A stretch of 63,298 nt of DNA, counting the filler, from Octopus bimaculoides (Eukaryota): NCBI RefSeq assembly GCF_001194135.2. It is 5 parts of 4 records of this genome, joined end to end, with 100 filler letters (N's around TTAATTAATTAA, not from the genome) between each part and the next. Parts side by side here need not be neighbours in the genome. Positions count along the whole stretch, not along the records: positions 42,162 to 54,444 come from NW_026421380.1; positions 54,545 to 58,156 come from NC_069008.1; positions 58,257 to 63,298 come from NC_068985.1; 2 more parts are not named here. One strand, given 5' to 3'. The notes under the pieces are model-generated. The model saw nothing but the letters and a program-made list of their open reading frames with translations. It had not been told where the DNA came from and searched no databases. This document shows, piece after piece, positions 51,406 to 62,793 of the stretch. Every line of letters starts with the position of its first letter. Positions within the stretch are counted from its first letter, which is position 1. Made by a program: the position numbers and the translations under genes.

Positions 51406-52187
51406 CATTTTATTATTATTGTTGTTGTTGTATTTTGACCCGAAGTTGAGCTATATTTTTTAATAGAATTGATTTTCAATCGATTTATTTTAATCGATTT
51501 TATTTTATTTTATTTTCTATTCGAAAATATGGTTACGAAACACGTGCAGTCATTTTATTATTTTAATAATTATTACTTTATTTTGTTATAGTTCTTTTTA
51601 GTATATTTACTTATTAAATTTATCTATATGTGACTGGNNNNNNNNNNNNNNNNNNNNNNNNNNNNNNNNNNNNNNNNNNNNNNNNNNNNNNNNNNNNNNN
51701 NNNNNNNNNNNNNNNNNNNNNNNNNNNNNNNNNNNNNNNNNNNNNNNNNNNNNNNNNNNNNNNNNNNNNNNNNNNNNNNNNNNNNNNNNNNNNNNNNNNN
51801 NNNNNNNNNNNNNNNNNNNNNNNNNNNNNNNNNNNNNNNNNNNNNNNNNNNNNNNNNNNNNNNNNNNNNNNNNNNNNNNNNNNNNNNNNNNNNNNNNNNN
51901 NNNNNNNNNNNNNNNNNNNNNNNNNNNNNNNNNNNNNNNNNNNNNNNNNNNNNNNNNNNNNNNNNNNNNNNNNNNNNNNNNNNNNNNNNNNNNNNNNNNN
52001 NNNNNNNNNNNNNNNNNNNNNNNNNNNNNNNNNNNNNNNNNNNNNNNNNNNNNNNNNNNNNNNNNNNNNNNNNNNNNNNNNNNNNNNNNNNNNNNNNNNN
52101 NNNNNNNNNNNNNNNNNNNNNNNNNNNNNNNNNNNNNNNNNNNNNNNNNNNNNNNNNNNNNNNNNNNNNNNNNNNNNNNNNNNNNNN

Positions 52188-52232
<45 letters not shown>

Positions 52233-52526
52233 TTTTCTCTCAGTCTCTGTGTGTGTTTTTCTCTCTGTCTTCTGTCTGTCTCTCTTTTTCTCACACACAC
52301 TCTCTCTTTCTTTTCGTCTCTCTTTTTTTCACACACACACTCATTGTGTTTCAAGCAGCGCAAAATAGATTACTTACCGTAATTTTGATTGACTGGTTTG
52401 TTGGCCAATAGTATGTCGCAGTAGCCGTTGGTATAACTGGTATAATTGATGAAGGTCCAGTAGTCCCCTCCTTCCAAGAAATGGTAAGTCATGCTGCAAA
52501 CAGACCACAAAAGAGAAATCATTATA

Positions 52527-52655
52527 CAGGGTGTCCACAAAGTCTGGGTACATGGGGATTAACACATACTTTACGAATAAGAAATTATCATTACTTATAT
52601 TTAATTATGTTATGATTTTATTTACTCCATGTAGCCAGACTTTGTAGACACCCTG
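52527..52655. mobile_element. Tc1/mariner-type MITE, 129 bp, TA TSD
   Basis: TIR CAGGGTGTCCACAAAGTCTGGGTACATGG versus CCATGTAGCCAGACTTTGTAGACACCCTG (2 mismatches); TA at 52525-52526 and 52656-52657. Confidence 0.85.
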
Positions 52656-52936
52656 TAGAATAAAAGAAATTCTTATTTACGTTATAAGTAATTAAGGACA
52701 ACGTGAAATAATTCGTTTATAGCAGTTGAACTCGAAGTAGATAGAGCTATAAATAATATTGGATTAAAAAAGCCCTTTGGGTGTTGTTTATATCATTAGA
52801 ATGGGGAAGTTTCGAGAGACCAAGAAAAAATTCGATAAAACGCATTATTTTACATTCCTTTCATGTTTCTGACATAAACAACATACAAATCTCGTTGCTA
52901 AGAAAGAAGTTGCTAAAACTGGTAGAGAAATTCAAA

Positions 52937-53010
52937 GCATTGCTTTAGTTCAATGGTAGAACACCTGTCACGTTTACAGGAGATTTGGGTTCGAATCTTT
53001 ACTACGAGTT
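52937..53010 (+). pseudogene. Degenerate tRNA-like sequence (tRNA pseudogene or solitary SINE head)
   Basis: D arm GTTC/GAAC around AATGGTA, anticodon stem CCTGT/ACAGG with 7-nt loop CACGTTT, and GGGTTCGAATC. Acceptor and T stems pair poorly and the loop is non-canonical. Confidence 0.5.
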
Positions 53011-53295
53011 CAACCGTTAAAAAGGAATTGTTACAACTTGTTATATTGCTTTCTATATTTCTGCCAGCAGTCATAGTCTTGTGGCGAAGAGGGGCGAAAT
53101 GTTCGCTTGTCTGGTGCCTGTGTATTTAATTCTATATGAAAAAGTGTTCTTTCAAGGGTCTTACAATAGTTTGGGGACGTTGTAACCATACTGGAAAGAG
53201 TGTCACTCTGACAACCAAAGAAACAACTTTATTTCGATCTTGTTAGGTCTCATCAGCTTCGGTGAATGAGAACACAGATTCGAAATTTCCCCCAA

Positions 53296-53341
53296 GACAC
53301 CTGATGAAGGCTTTGGGGTATATCAGCCGAAACGTTGTGTT
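53296..53341 (+). ncRNA. Minimal type I hammerhead ribozyme inside a short dispersed element (53266-53391)
   Basis: GACAC-CTGATGA-A-GGCT...AGCC-GAAA-CGTT-GTGTT: intact core, 4-bp helix II, loopless palindromic ACGT helix III, GUU triplet, helix I GACAC/GTGTT. Confidence 0.7.
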
Positions 53342-54444
53342 AACAACAAACAAGATGAGGACAAATATCCGTCAAATGTTAATAATGTAAGTAAAAGATT
53401 AAAAATTAAAGATATCCCCACCAAAATTCAGAAGCTTTTGATGAGGTCATGGACATTGTACCTTCGCTTCTTATTTTGTGTGTTTAAAACAATGAATTTG
53501 AATTATAAAACCTACTTGCATATTGTTTCCACGTTGTTTCCATTGGCTGCTTTGGCGAGTTGGATTATCATTGGTGTAGTACTAGACACAAGGATGGTTG
53601 TGGTACTTTTCCCGGATGCCTGGTTTCTGAGATTCAAGGGACACTGTATTGGAAAAGAAGAGTGGCAACATACATATGTCTTGGGTATGCACAAAGTTTG
53701 CATTGTTACTGCTTATTATTCTTGTAGTTGTTTTATTAGGTTACATACAAGTAGTAGCATGTGACCTCATACAACCTATCGCTCGTATGGGGAGTTTGGG
53801 CAGTTGTTGCGGAGCCGCCTATTTGGCGCCGCTAATTCAATGCTGACTTATTCGACAGCAAACGTTTTAATGTTTCTCTTGGTTTAATTTCTCTCTCCCG
53901 CCTCTATCGTTTCTATCTTCTCTGCCTCTCTCTCGTTCTGTCTATCTATCTATCTATCTATCTGTGTATGTCAGCATGCGCGTATGAGTGTGATTAAACA
54001 AAAATTGTAAAAGGAAATGATTTAGGGTGGCGAGTGAAATGTATCTGAACAATATAGGCAAATAAAGATATACCAGATAACATAAATACCATATGACATA
54101 AATTTTTGATTTATAAAAATTATCTCCAACTCTAGAGAGTGTATCTTAATTTTAAAAATAGCAATTAAGAAATCCACATAAAAAGGGGGGAGACTCTAAA
54201 TAGTCAAGATTTCTCCAAAGTCGACATGCCATTGAGGAAAAGGACATAATTACTATTTGGAGATAAGAGAACAGTTGTGAACGTGCCAGTTTCTACCTGA
54301 ATAGCTGTCATCAGCATGATAATTCCTTGATCTTATCTCCGGTAGTCAAGGGACTACAAGTGTAAGTCTAACTCAAGGGACAAAAAAGAACAGAACAGAT
54401 TTATGGTTTAGTAAATTTGCATAATTTAAGCAAAAATTATATAT

Positions 54445-54544
54445 NNNNNNNNNNNNNNNNNNNNNNNNNNNNNNNNNNNNNNNNNNNNTTAATTAATTAA
54501 NNNNNNNNNNNNNNNNNNNNNNNNNNNNNNNNNNNNNNNNNNNN
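54445..54544. other. Artificial 100-bp scaffold spacer
   Basis: 44 N + TTAATTAATTAA (54489-54500) + 44 N. Confidence 0.95.
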
Positions 54545-54682
54545 TATATGGTGCATCAGCATGGCCGCAGCTCTAAGCTGAAACTATAATTTAAAAAAAA
54601 AAAATATATATATATATGCTCACGGTGGTGCACCAGCATGACCGCAGCCACTTGGCTGAAACACATAAATAAAAATTAAAAT

Positions 54683-54886
54683 GTTTGTGTGTCTGTGTTT
54701 GTCCCCCCCAACATTGCTTGACAACTGATGGTGGTGTGCTTATGTCCCCATAACTTAGCAGTTCGGCAAAAGAGACCGACAGAATAACTACTAGGCTTAC
54801 AAACTAAATCCTGGGGTCGATTTGCTCGACTAAAGGCTGTGCTCCAGCATGACCGCAGTCAAATGACTGAAACAAGTAAAAGAGTA
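54683..54886 (+). mobile_element. SINE family A, 3' half
   Basis: GTGTTTGTCCCCCC...AACTTAGCAGTTCGGCAAAAGAGACCGA...GTCAAATGACTGAAACAAGTAAAAGAGTAA, colinear with 29400-29602. Confidence 0.85.
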
Positions 54887-56559
54887 ATAAAAATGTATAT
54901 TCTATATTAAATATCTGTACATTTATGTATTGGATACATTCGTTATATTACATACATTATTTACATGAAATTCCATGATGTCACTGTTGGTAACTCCAGA
55001 TTTCTATCACAGTATACTTTTTTAAGGGCAATTTCCGTTCNNNNNNNNNNTTCTTTTCCATTTGAGGATTTAGTCTTTTTCATTCGCAAAATGATCCCCC
55101 CCTTAATTTTGCTCAGATCGCTTTCAATTTTGGTGTATCGATGCAACTCTGAATTTTGATTATGATCAGCCAATTAGTTTATCTCGTAAATTAAAGAATC
55201 TGATGTTATTTGGAATTAAAGTTGGGAAATTTGGGTAATTTTAGCCAATCAACAGACAGCGTGGCATTAACAGCTTGTTACCATGACACCAGGATGCTGT
55301 GTTGTGGTTCACTTCACTCTTGTCTCACTCTTGTCTGCGACTTCGTGGTTCACTTCACTCTTCTGTAATACACGTTCGATGTCAATTTTTTACACCATGA
55401 GATTCTTTTCACCTGTGTTTTTTAATTTTTCTGTGCTTTTTCTGTATTTATTATCATAGTTTACAAATCCAAGCATGAAAACATTACTCAACTTTGGAGT
55501 TTTGCAGACAGACGCCCCTTTTCACACACACACACACACTTATATATTAATGATGTACACAAATACATGGCAGGTAGACATAATACTGAAATACGCATAA
55601 AATAAACACATGCAGACAAATATATTAATATAACATTTTAAAACATGCGAAAAATACAATGAATGAATTAGAAAGACTAGATCTAGATGATACATGTTGA
55701 TTTTATTAGGTATTTCTGTTTATTTATAAACCTACAATGAACAGGTCAGACTCTAAATTTCACAGGGCACAACCTTAAAGTTGACACCACTCTGCTAAAC
55801 ACAGAAAATTTCTGTCTCACTATTGGCTAAAAATGCTCAGTTTTTTTCGATTTTTGAACCTCTGTAACTATTTTCTCTGATTTTTTTTTCTCCACAACAT
55901 CATACCTTCAAAGCAATGAGACTGGAAAGCTACATTATTATAACCGATTTTTCAGATTTTTTTACTGTCTTCTACAAAAAGCATATTTTGCTAATGAAAA
56001 AAAAAAACTACATCCCCATTTGACACAAAGTTAAAAATAAATGAATCTAGAAACAATACTGGAACTATATTTCATAAGTAAATAATACAGGGTAAATATG
56101 GTTCCAGTTTTGTTATTAGATTCAATAATTTCTTGTGTTTGTGTTGAATGGAAATTGTTTGAATAAAGGAAAATTACGTTTCACTTTGAAAAGTAGAAAA
56201 GGGAAGGAGAATTGTAATGGTAATCATTGTTGTAAGGGCAAGAAGTGAAGAGCCAACTCTCCTAAATCATGGATTTTCATGCATTTCAATTTTTTTTTTT
56301 AAAGGCTTTCCTATTATTTTAAATGCATAGCACAAAACTTCAGGTTACAAAACTATGGTGATCTGCAAAACAAGTTCTTATTAAGGAAAACGAATAATTC
56401 CATTCTTTCTGATGTCAGGCAGAAATTTTTCTGCCAGATGGCCTTCTGTTATCAACCCTCATCAGTTTCCAACCAAAGTTATATTTGCCTATGTGTGGAC
56501 ATATTTTCATGTTCACATGCATTCACATGTGTTACATATTGTGAAAACTTGAAGACATA

Positions 56560-56710
56560 CAGACACGCACTCACAGAAGAATCATCTTTCAGTTTCTCTC
56601 AACCAAATCCACTCATGTGGCTTTAGATGCACTGGTGCTGTGAAAGAAGACACTTGCTCAAGGTGCTGCTCTGTGCAACGAAATTTGAAATCACATGGAT
56701 GGAAACCAAA
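56560..56710 (-). mobile_element. SINE family A, diverged 5' half
   Basis: CTTTCAGTTTCTCTCAACCAAATCCACTCA and GAAGACACTTGCTCAAGGTGC match the reverse complement of family A. Confidence 0.6.
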
Positions 56711-57121
56711 GTTAATTTTTTTCTAATTTAGTAGGCTTTTTATCGTTCATCAACCTGCAACTCTCCATGTGATCACATGACCTACTCGAAATGACAGCAC
56801 ATTTCCCTTAAATTTCTCCTATGAGTCATGAATATTAAAGACTGTATTGGAGTATATAGTCATAGATATACATTATAGAAATAGACAGGATGTTCATGGA
56901 TGGAATGTCTATAATCACATATCTGCTCAGTCAGAACTGACCTGGATCTAAACAACAGTGACAAATTATATTTCTGCAGAAAGACTAATGCTAGTGTCCA
57001 CTATTCTGTAGTTTTATTTTAAAACTGTTACACAATGTGAAGGTGTCAGTTTAGATTGCAAATATGTCAGCTTCACACAAGATTCTGTGATGTAAATTTT
57101 GATAAATTAAAATGGTAAGTT

Positions 57122-57560
57122 CATCATCATCTTTTAACGTCCATTGTCTATGTTGGATGGTTTGAGCAGAGCTGGGAAGCTCCAGCAGACTCCAGTTTGA
57201 TTCCTCATGGTTTCTACAGTTGGATGCCCTTCCTAATGCCAACCACTTCACAGTGCACAGGGTGCTTTATATGGCACTTCACAGGCACTTTTACGTGGCA
57301 CCACACAGTTGCTTTAACATGGTGGCACTTTTATATGGCACTGCATGTCTGCTTTTATGTGGAGCAGTCACAAGTGCTTTTTGCCACCAGAGGGATGAGT
57401 GTGAATACTTCCGCTGTGGAGTATGAGTCTTCTTGAGTACAGTGAGGTGCCGGGCATCTCAGTCTTTGTCACATCACTTGAAATATTCAGCATCCTAAGT
57501 TAATTTATCAGCCCTTCCTCCCATGTCTTCATGGGTGTCCCACTTCCATGTGTCCCATCT
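57122..57560 (-). mobile_element. RTE-type LINE 3' end with (TGA)n tail
   Basis: Minus-strand GSGTPMKTWEEGL resembles RTE C-terminal RGRPRKTWxE; the 3' UTR ends in GATGATGATG at ~57122-57131. Confidence 0.6.
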
Positions 57561-58019
57561 ACTTTGAGAGATCAACACTTCCTTATGAAGCTGTTGTCAT
57601 CCAGCTCAGTTGATCTCATTAGAAATGAATTTGTATTGTTTAAGGAACCTCAACATCTTACACTGTTGTTTCTCTCTAATTTCAGAACATCAGACAACAT
57701 TGACATAACAGAAGAAACACCCTCAATATCTACCATGTTTTAAAGACTAAAAGAAAATATTATACAAAAAAGATGTATCAGATTGTATTTTATAAATCTT
57801 TGGCAGAATTCTTGTGAAACATTTCCTCTGAAATAATATTATAAGCAAAATTTCTGAACATCACCAACTGGAGTGTCAAGAAGAGGGGTCTGTGTTCTGA
57901 AAAAAGTTGGATAAACTTATTTAAGTGTTGCTAAACAAAGGTAACACTGGACAGAGATACAGCAATATATAAAAACAAAAGCAAGAAAAATATATAAACC
58001 AGATTTGAAACGAAAAGTA

Positions 58020-58156
58020 ATGGAAAAGAGTGAGAAAAGTATACAATTGATTTCCCCTGAATCCATGATAAAACAGAGGAGATCACACGACTGTGATATT
58101 TGTACAAAGTCCTTCTCTCAAAAAAGTAACCTACTTATCCACAAACGTATTCATAC
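58020..58156 (+). CDS. C2H2 zinc-finger protein, 5' part only (first finger), cut by an assembly spacer
   Basis: MEKSEKSIQLISPESMIKQRRSHDCDICTKSFSQKSNLLIHKRIH, followed by AC, the start of a Thr codon expected for a TGEKP linker. Exact C-x2-C-x12-H-x3-H spacing. Candidate upstream acceptor TTGTTTCTCTCTAATTTCAG ends at 57685. Confidence 0.8.
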
Positions 58157-58256
58157 NNNNNNNNNNNNNNNNNNNNNNNNNNNNNNNNNNNNNNNNNNNN
58201 TTAATTAATTAANNNNNNNNNNNNNNNNNNNNNNNNNNNNNNNNNNNNNNNNNNNN
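58157..58256. other. Artificial 100-bp scaffold spacer
   Basis: 44 N + TTAATTAATTAA (58201-58212) + 44 N. Confidence 0.95.
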
Positions 58257-58834
58257 ATATATATATATATATATATACCCATGCACACACATGCACGCGC
58301 GCGCACAGATGCGCGCACACACACAGAACGTACAGAAATGGGAGCATGAATATATGTATACACGATACGGTTTCATTGTAGGGTTGAAACGGTTAAACCA
58401 TATTGGCAATCTTCTCGTGTTTCAACCATCTTGTAAACTAGGAAATATCATAGAAGAATTGTTGAAATATTAATTACGTTATAAATGTCACGAGGTTCAG
58501 TAGAATTCCTTAGGATTAGTTCTGGCTCAGTATTTCACCATTCTCTCAAAGAATGTTCTCTTCTATATTAACAGATGGAGAAATTGATCGTAACAATGTC
58601 TTGAAATAAATGCGATAGTTTAAAGAGGATTGTATCAAAAACTTTCGTTGTTGTGATGGTGGTGGAGTTGGCATTAGTGGTGGTGTAGTGAGGTGGTGGT
58701 TAATCTTGAAAGACTGCTGGAACGTAAGAGTGCTGTTCGCTAAGGGCTGCATTTTCCTTTAATGATTCAAAGAAGTAATGCATAAGAATAATTTCTTATT
58801 GTTCTAATAGTTTAGTCAAGAGAGAAATGGTAGC

Positions 58835-59694
58835 GGATCTTTCTGATTTGGCGGACACCATTTTTTATTTAGTTTTTATTTAGTGTGTTTTCTACCGAAA
58901 CACTTTAAAACTTCGTATACTTGTATATTTTGTCTTATAGAACAGAGAAAAATTTCTATATTCGAAGTTATTTCATGTTAAAAGTTGTCGTATTTCGGTA
59001 ATTTCAACCAATCACTGACGTCTATTGAGGTGAAAACAATTACTGCTGTGGTTTATCAACAACACGCTGTGGCGGTGTAATGGGATCTTTTCCCTTGAAT
59101 AAAATGACTGCCGTTGTTTGTCAACAACAAGTATCGGCCGTACTGTTATTTATGACATCATTCATGTGTTTGTACTGGTTTTAGCTTTAGGGTTTTAGGG
59201 TTAGGGTTCGGGTTTTAGGGTTAGGGTTAGGGTTAGGGTTATGAGTATTTTTGCCAAATTTGGTGAAAAATTTGTGGCGGTGTATTGAACAGATTTTCAC
59301 CAAATTTGGTAAAAATACTCATAACCCGAACCCTAACCCTAACCCTAAAGCTAAAACCAGTACAAACGCATGAACGATGTCATAAATAACAGTACGGCCG
59401 ATACTTGTTGTTGACAAACAACGGCTGTCATTTTATTCAAGAGAAAAGATCCCATTACACCGCCACATTGTGTTGTTGACAAACCACAGCAGTAATTGTT
59501 TTCACCTCAATAGACGTCAGTGATTGGTTGAAATTACCGAAATACATCTTCAACACAAAATAACTTTAAAAATATAAACTTTTCTTAACAACACTAAGAG
59601 TAAAAGATGTTTTATATGACACATTCTACCAGTGTCTCAAATTTGAAAGTGTTTCGTTAGAAAACAAATGGTGTCTGCCAAATCAGAAAGATCC
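58835..59694. mobile_element. 860-bp foldback MITE with GG termini, imperfect 8-bp TSD and head-to-head telomeric tracts
   Basis: 29-bp TIR GGATCTTTCTGATTTGGC(G/A)GACACCATTT with 1 mismatch. Flanks ATGGTAGC (58827-58834) and ATGACAGC (59695-59702), 6/8 identical. Internal inverted arms at 58990-59269 and 59294-59545. TTAGGG-type units at 59186-59238 and CCCTAA-type units at 59325-59349. Confidence 0.9.
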
Positions 59695-60339
59695 ATGACA
59701 GCTCCATTAGCTATTTTTAAAACGTTAGGGCCTGGTGGAAGGAAGGAAGTACCAATGTATCCCACACAGTGGATATTGTTAAAACTCTCCCTGACCAATA
59801 GCCGAGTGATGTTATGAAACCAGGTGACAGATTAAGTGTACCCCTTCTTCCGTAATATATGCAAACTATTCGACGTGAATTAGAAAAGTTTCTCCTCTAT
59901 CAAATAATACGCAGATAGCTGAGCCTTGGTCGACCCAATGCTAACGATGAATGCACTTAATGTACTGCGTGGTGGGGACTTAACCTGCAGTCACCTGATT
60001 AGTGAAGACAGTTTCTTAGCCACATTGTTATGTTTACGTCTACTATTGATATTGTTGGTAGAGCAGAAGTTATTTTCATAAGATGGACCGTACGAATAGC
60101 GGTGGGGAAAATAATTTTCGTACGTTGTGAGACACAAGCCAGTTAACTCTGCTCTGTTGCGGTGTAATAGAAAACCTCCGATACAAGATGGTGAAGTTCC
60201 TAATAGAACTTAATTTGGCGGTTCTCCTGCCAAGCAACGTAACGTGGGCTGGCGACTAAAAACCTCCCACCCACGTGCAACTAACTCTGGGTTCAGGTAT
60301 GTTTCATTCATTTTTCTTTTGGTACCTTAATGACCTACT

Positions 60340-60660
60340 TCCTGTTACTTCTAATCAAACACATTCCGACGCAGATGTTTTTATTGAATCAGTGTAAATG
60401 TGGTGTGGCGGGGGGAATCTAGGCTGGATGTAGATATTGTCTCCGTACAAAAAGTTAACTGAGAGCGACAGTGGAGTGGCGTACCGCCTGTGTACGAATA
60501 TCCGTACACAATATTTTGTTAATCTGGGGGTGCAAGATGTTTCTTCTCCAGGTTTTTGCGTTGAAGGCGTTTGGTCTGGAAGTTCTGAGAGTGCAAAGAA
60601 CGTCATTGGATTCTAGATCTTTCTTAAAGAGTCCATTTCCAACTGAAGTACTTAGCACTT
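60340..60660 (-). mobile_element. Possible CR1/Jockey-type RT C-terminal remnant
   Basis: Minus-strand HPQINKILCTDIRTQAVRHSTVALS loosely matches ...KLYxTxVRPxLEYxSxVWS. Confidence 0.3.
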
Positions 60661-61005
60661 AAATTTACTTTTAACTTTTCCCGCTCATGTAACACTCAAA
60701 TGTTGATCCCGATTCTCTTTCCCTGTCTTTTCTTCTGAGATGGAGCCGGTAAATATACCTATTTTTTGTGGGAACTTCCAATGTATGCGAGGCTAATACA
60801 GGCTTTATTATTAACAGAGAGAACTTCTTCTACAGACCTGTCAAATATCTAAAATATCGGTAGCAATACTGATACTGCAAATGCTTTGTAGGCGATTCAG
60901 TGCCTGCAGTTGTTATTGGCGTAATGATCTTTACAAGACAGAACAAATTATTTGTAATATTTTAAAGATTGGTTCTTATTTTTATATTTTGATAATGCTG
61001 CATAT

Positions 61006-61064
61006 CCGTCAAATGTAAATAATGTAAATAATGTAAATAATTCCTCATCTCTTAAATATAGAAC
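61006..61064 (+). mobile_element. 5'-truncated 3' end of the hammerhead-bearing element, with 10-bp flanking direct repeat
   Basis: CCGTCAAATGTAAATAATGT matches the tails at ~30608 and ~53369; TGCTGCATAT at 60996-61005 and 61065-61074. Confidence 0.6.
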
Positions 61065-62563
61065 TGCTGCATATTTTGATATTTCTGAAAGTTTTGAAAT
61101 TCTATATTTCAAGATACTTGTGCTTTCATATGTATAAGTGTATGTTTTACACTTTTTATGTTTTAGATTAATATAGTTTTAAATCCCGAGATTTTATATC
61201 CTCATATGGTATATCCTCATATATACTCATATGGTATATCTTCATTTCCTATATTCAACTAAATCGGCGTTGCAGTTTTTATAAGCTCCTATTATTATAT
61301 TGATTCATTAAGTGATATTGTTCTACGTCTTTCTAACTTCTATAGTTGTCATATCATTTTTTAATTTCCTTAACATGACTTCATTCACTTCCGTCTACAT
61401 GGAGTATCGATTCTGCTTTTATGATTTTCTAAGTTACGTAATTAAATCCCCATCTCCATGCATTTCCTTTTGTTCCCATATTGCTCACCTCGGTCCCCTT
61501 AAACAAGTCTACATTATTGTTTCTTACCAAGTCTTTGTCTCAAACACATTTTCATATAATATACATTAAGCACAGTGATCCGTTTTACATCGTCACACAA
61601 ATCCATTATTACCGCATTCTTCAATTTCTTCAATCTATCCTTAAGTTACACCCATATTTACCTTGTTTGTTTTCCTTTCCGTTTCATTTCGCTTCCTCCT
61701 AAACCCTATTATTCTCACATCCCGTCATCATCCAGAGCCCAATCGTAATGCTACGTAGCATCTCTTTTATCAAATAAGTTTGATAAATAGCTGTAGCGGC
61801 ATTCCTCCTTCATCACTTCATTGTTCAGCTAACACCTCGAATTAATATCGGATCATTACAATTTTGTTGCATTGTAGCCAACTATACTTGCCGTCTATCA
61901 ACTCCTCATTTCCTTCATTCCTACTATTCAAGCAGTTGCATTATTAAGTCTGTACCTTTCGATACTGGAGGTTTAATTAACTAACTTGCTAATTAGCAAA
62001 CAGAGAAGCTATTTATTTGCATAATATCTAATCATGCTAAAATTAATTATATTTTATTAGTCCACTCAATTCAACGAATTCAGTATATTCTTTTCCCTTT
62101 CCATTTATTTATTATTTTTTAAAAACGCTTTTACCTTTTGTTTTTCATTTATCCTTATCCTCATACGGTTCAACAAACGAGAAAGAGGGTCACTGATATG
62201 TGTTTTAATGTATGTGTTTATACTCTGTTGATCCACTTTAAGAGGCTCTAGTGGAATGAATAGCAAACAACAATCGTCCATAAAGCTCTTATATCCTTAA
62301 CCATTATCACCATGACGTTTCCCTGTGATTTGCCCAAGAATTTTATTGCTAGTAATTTCTAATTTTACCTACAACACAACTACCTTCAAAATTATAGACA
62401 TTTCGTTCTAGGAAAGGGTGAAGCGGCACGACTTAATGATAGTCTGATGAAGTGTCACTCTAATATATTCAACCGCACGTACAGCGTAACTTTTCAGTCG
62501 GATTAATTTACACGTAATGTGGTTAGAACCGTAGTGGTACAGAAACACTTCTAACGAGTAATA

Positions 62564-62778
62564 ATGGTTTCAAGTTTTGGCACAAGGCCAGCAAGTTCGA
62601 GGGCGTGGGGTAAGTCGATTACATTGACACCCAGTGCTCACTGGTACTTATTTTATCGACTTCGAAAGGAATGAAGGCAAATTCGACCTCGGCAGAATTT
62701 GAATTCAAAATGTAATGACAGACGAAATGCCGCTAAGCATTTTTCCCGGCATGCTAACGATTCTGCCAGCTCACCACC
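62564..62778 (-). mobile_element. SINE family B, full length, copy 1 of a tandem pair
   Basis: Colinear with 3403-3626; flanked by 15-bp direct repeats (13/15 identical). Confidence 0.85.
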
Positions 62779-62793
62779 TTGTAACGAATAATA

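Noticed and set aside
52937-53010. Functional tRNA gene
   Set aside because: The acceptor and T stems do not pair and the anticodon loop lacks U33 and purine 37. Kept only as a pseudogene.
54961-55173. 70-aa minus-strand ORF starting MADHNQNSELH
   Set aside because: It reads through a 10-N gap, has no recognisable domain, and its length is within chance.
61748-61761. 14-bp perfect palindrome ATGCTACGTAGCAT
   Set aside because: Isolated, with no TSD or second copy; compatible with chance in 63 kb.
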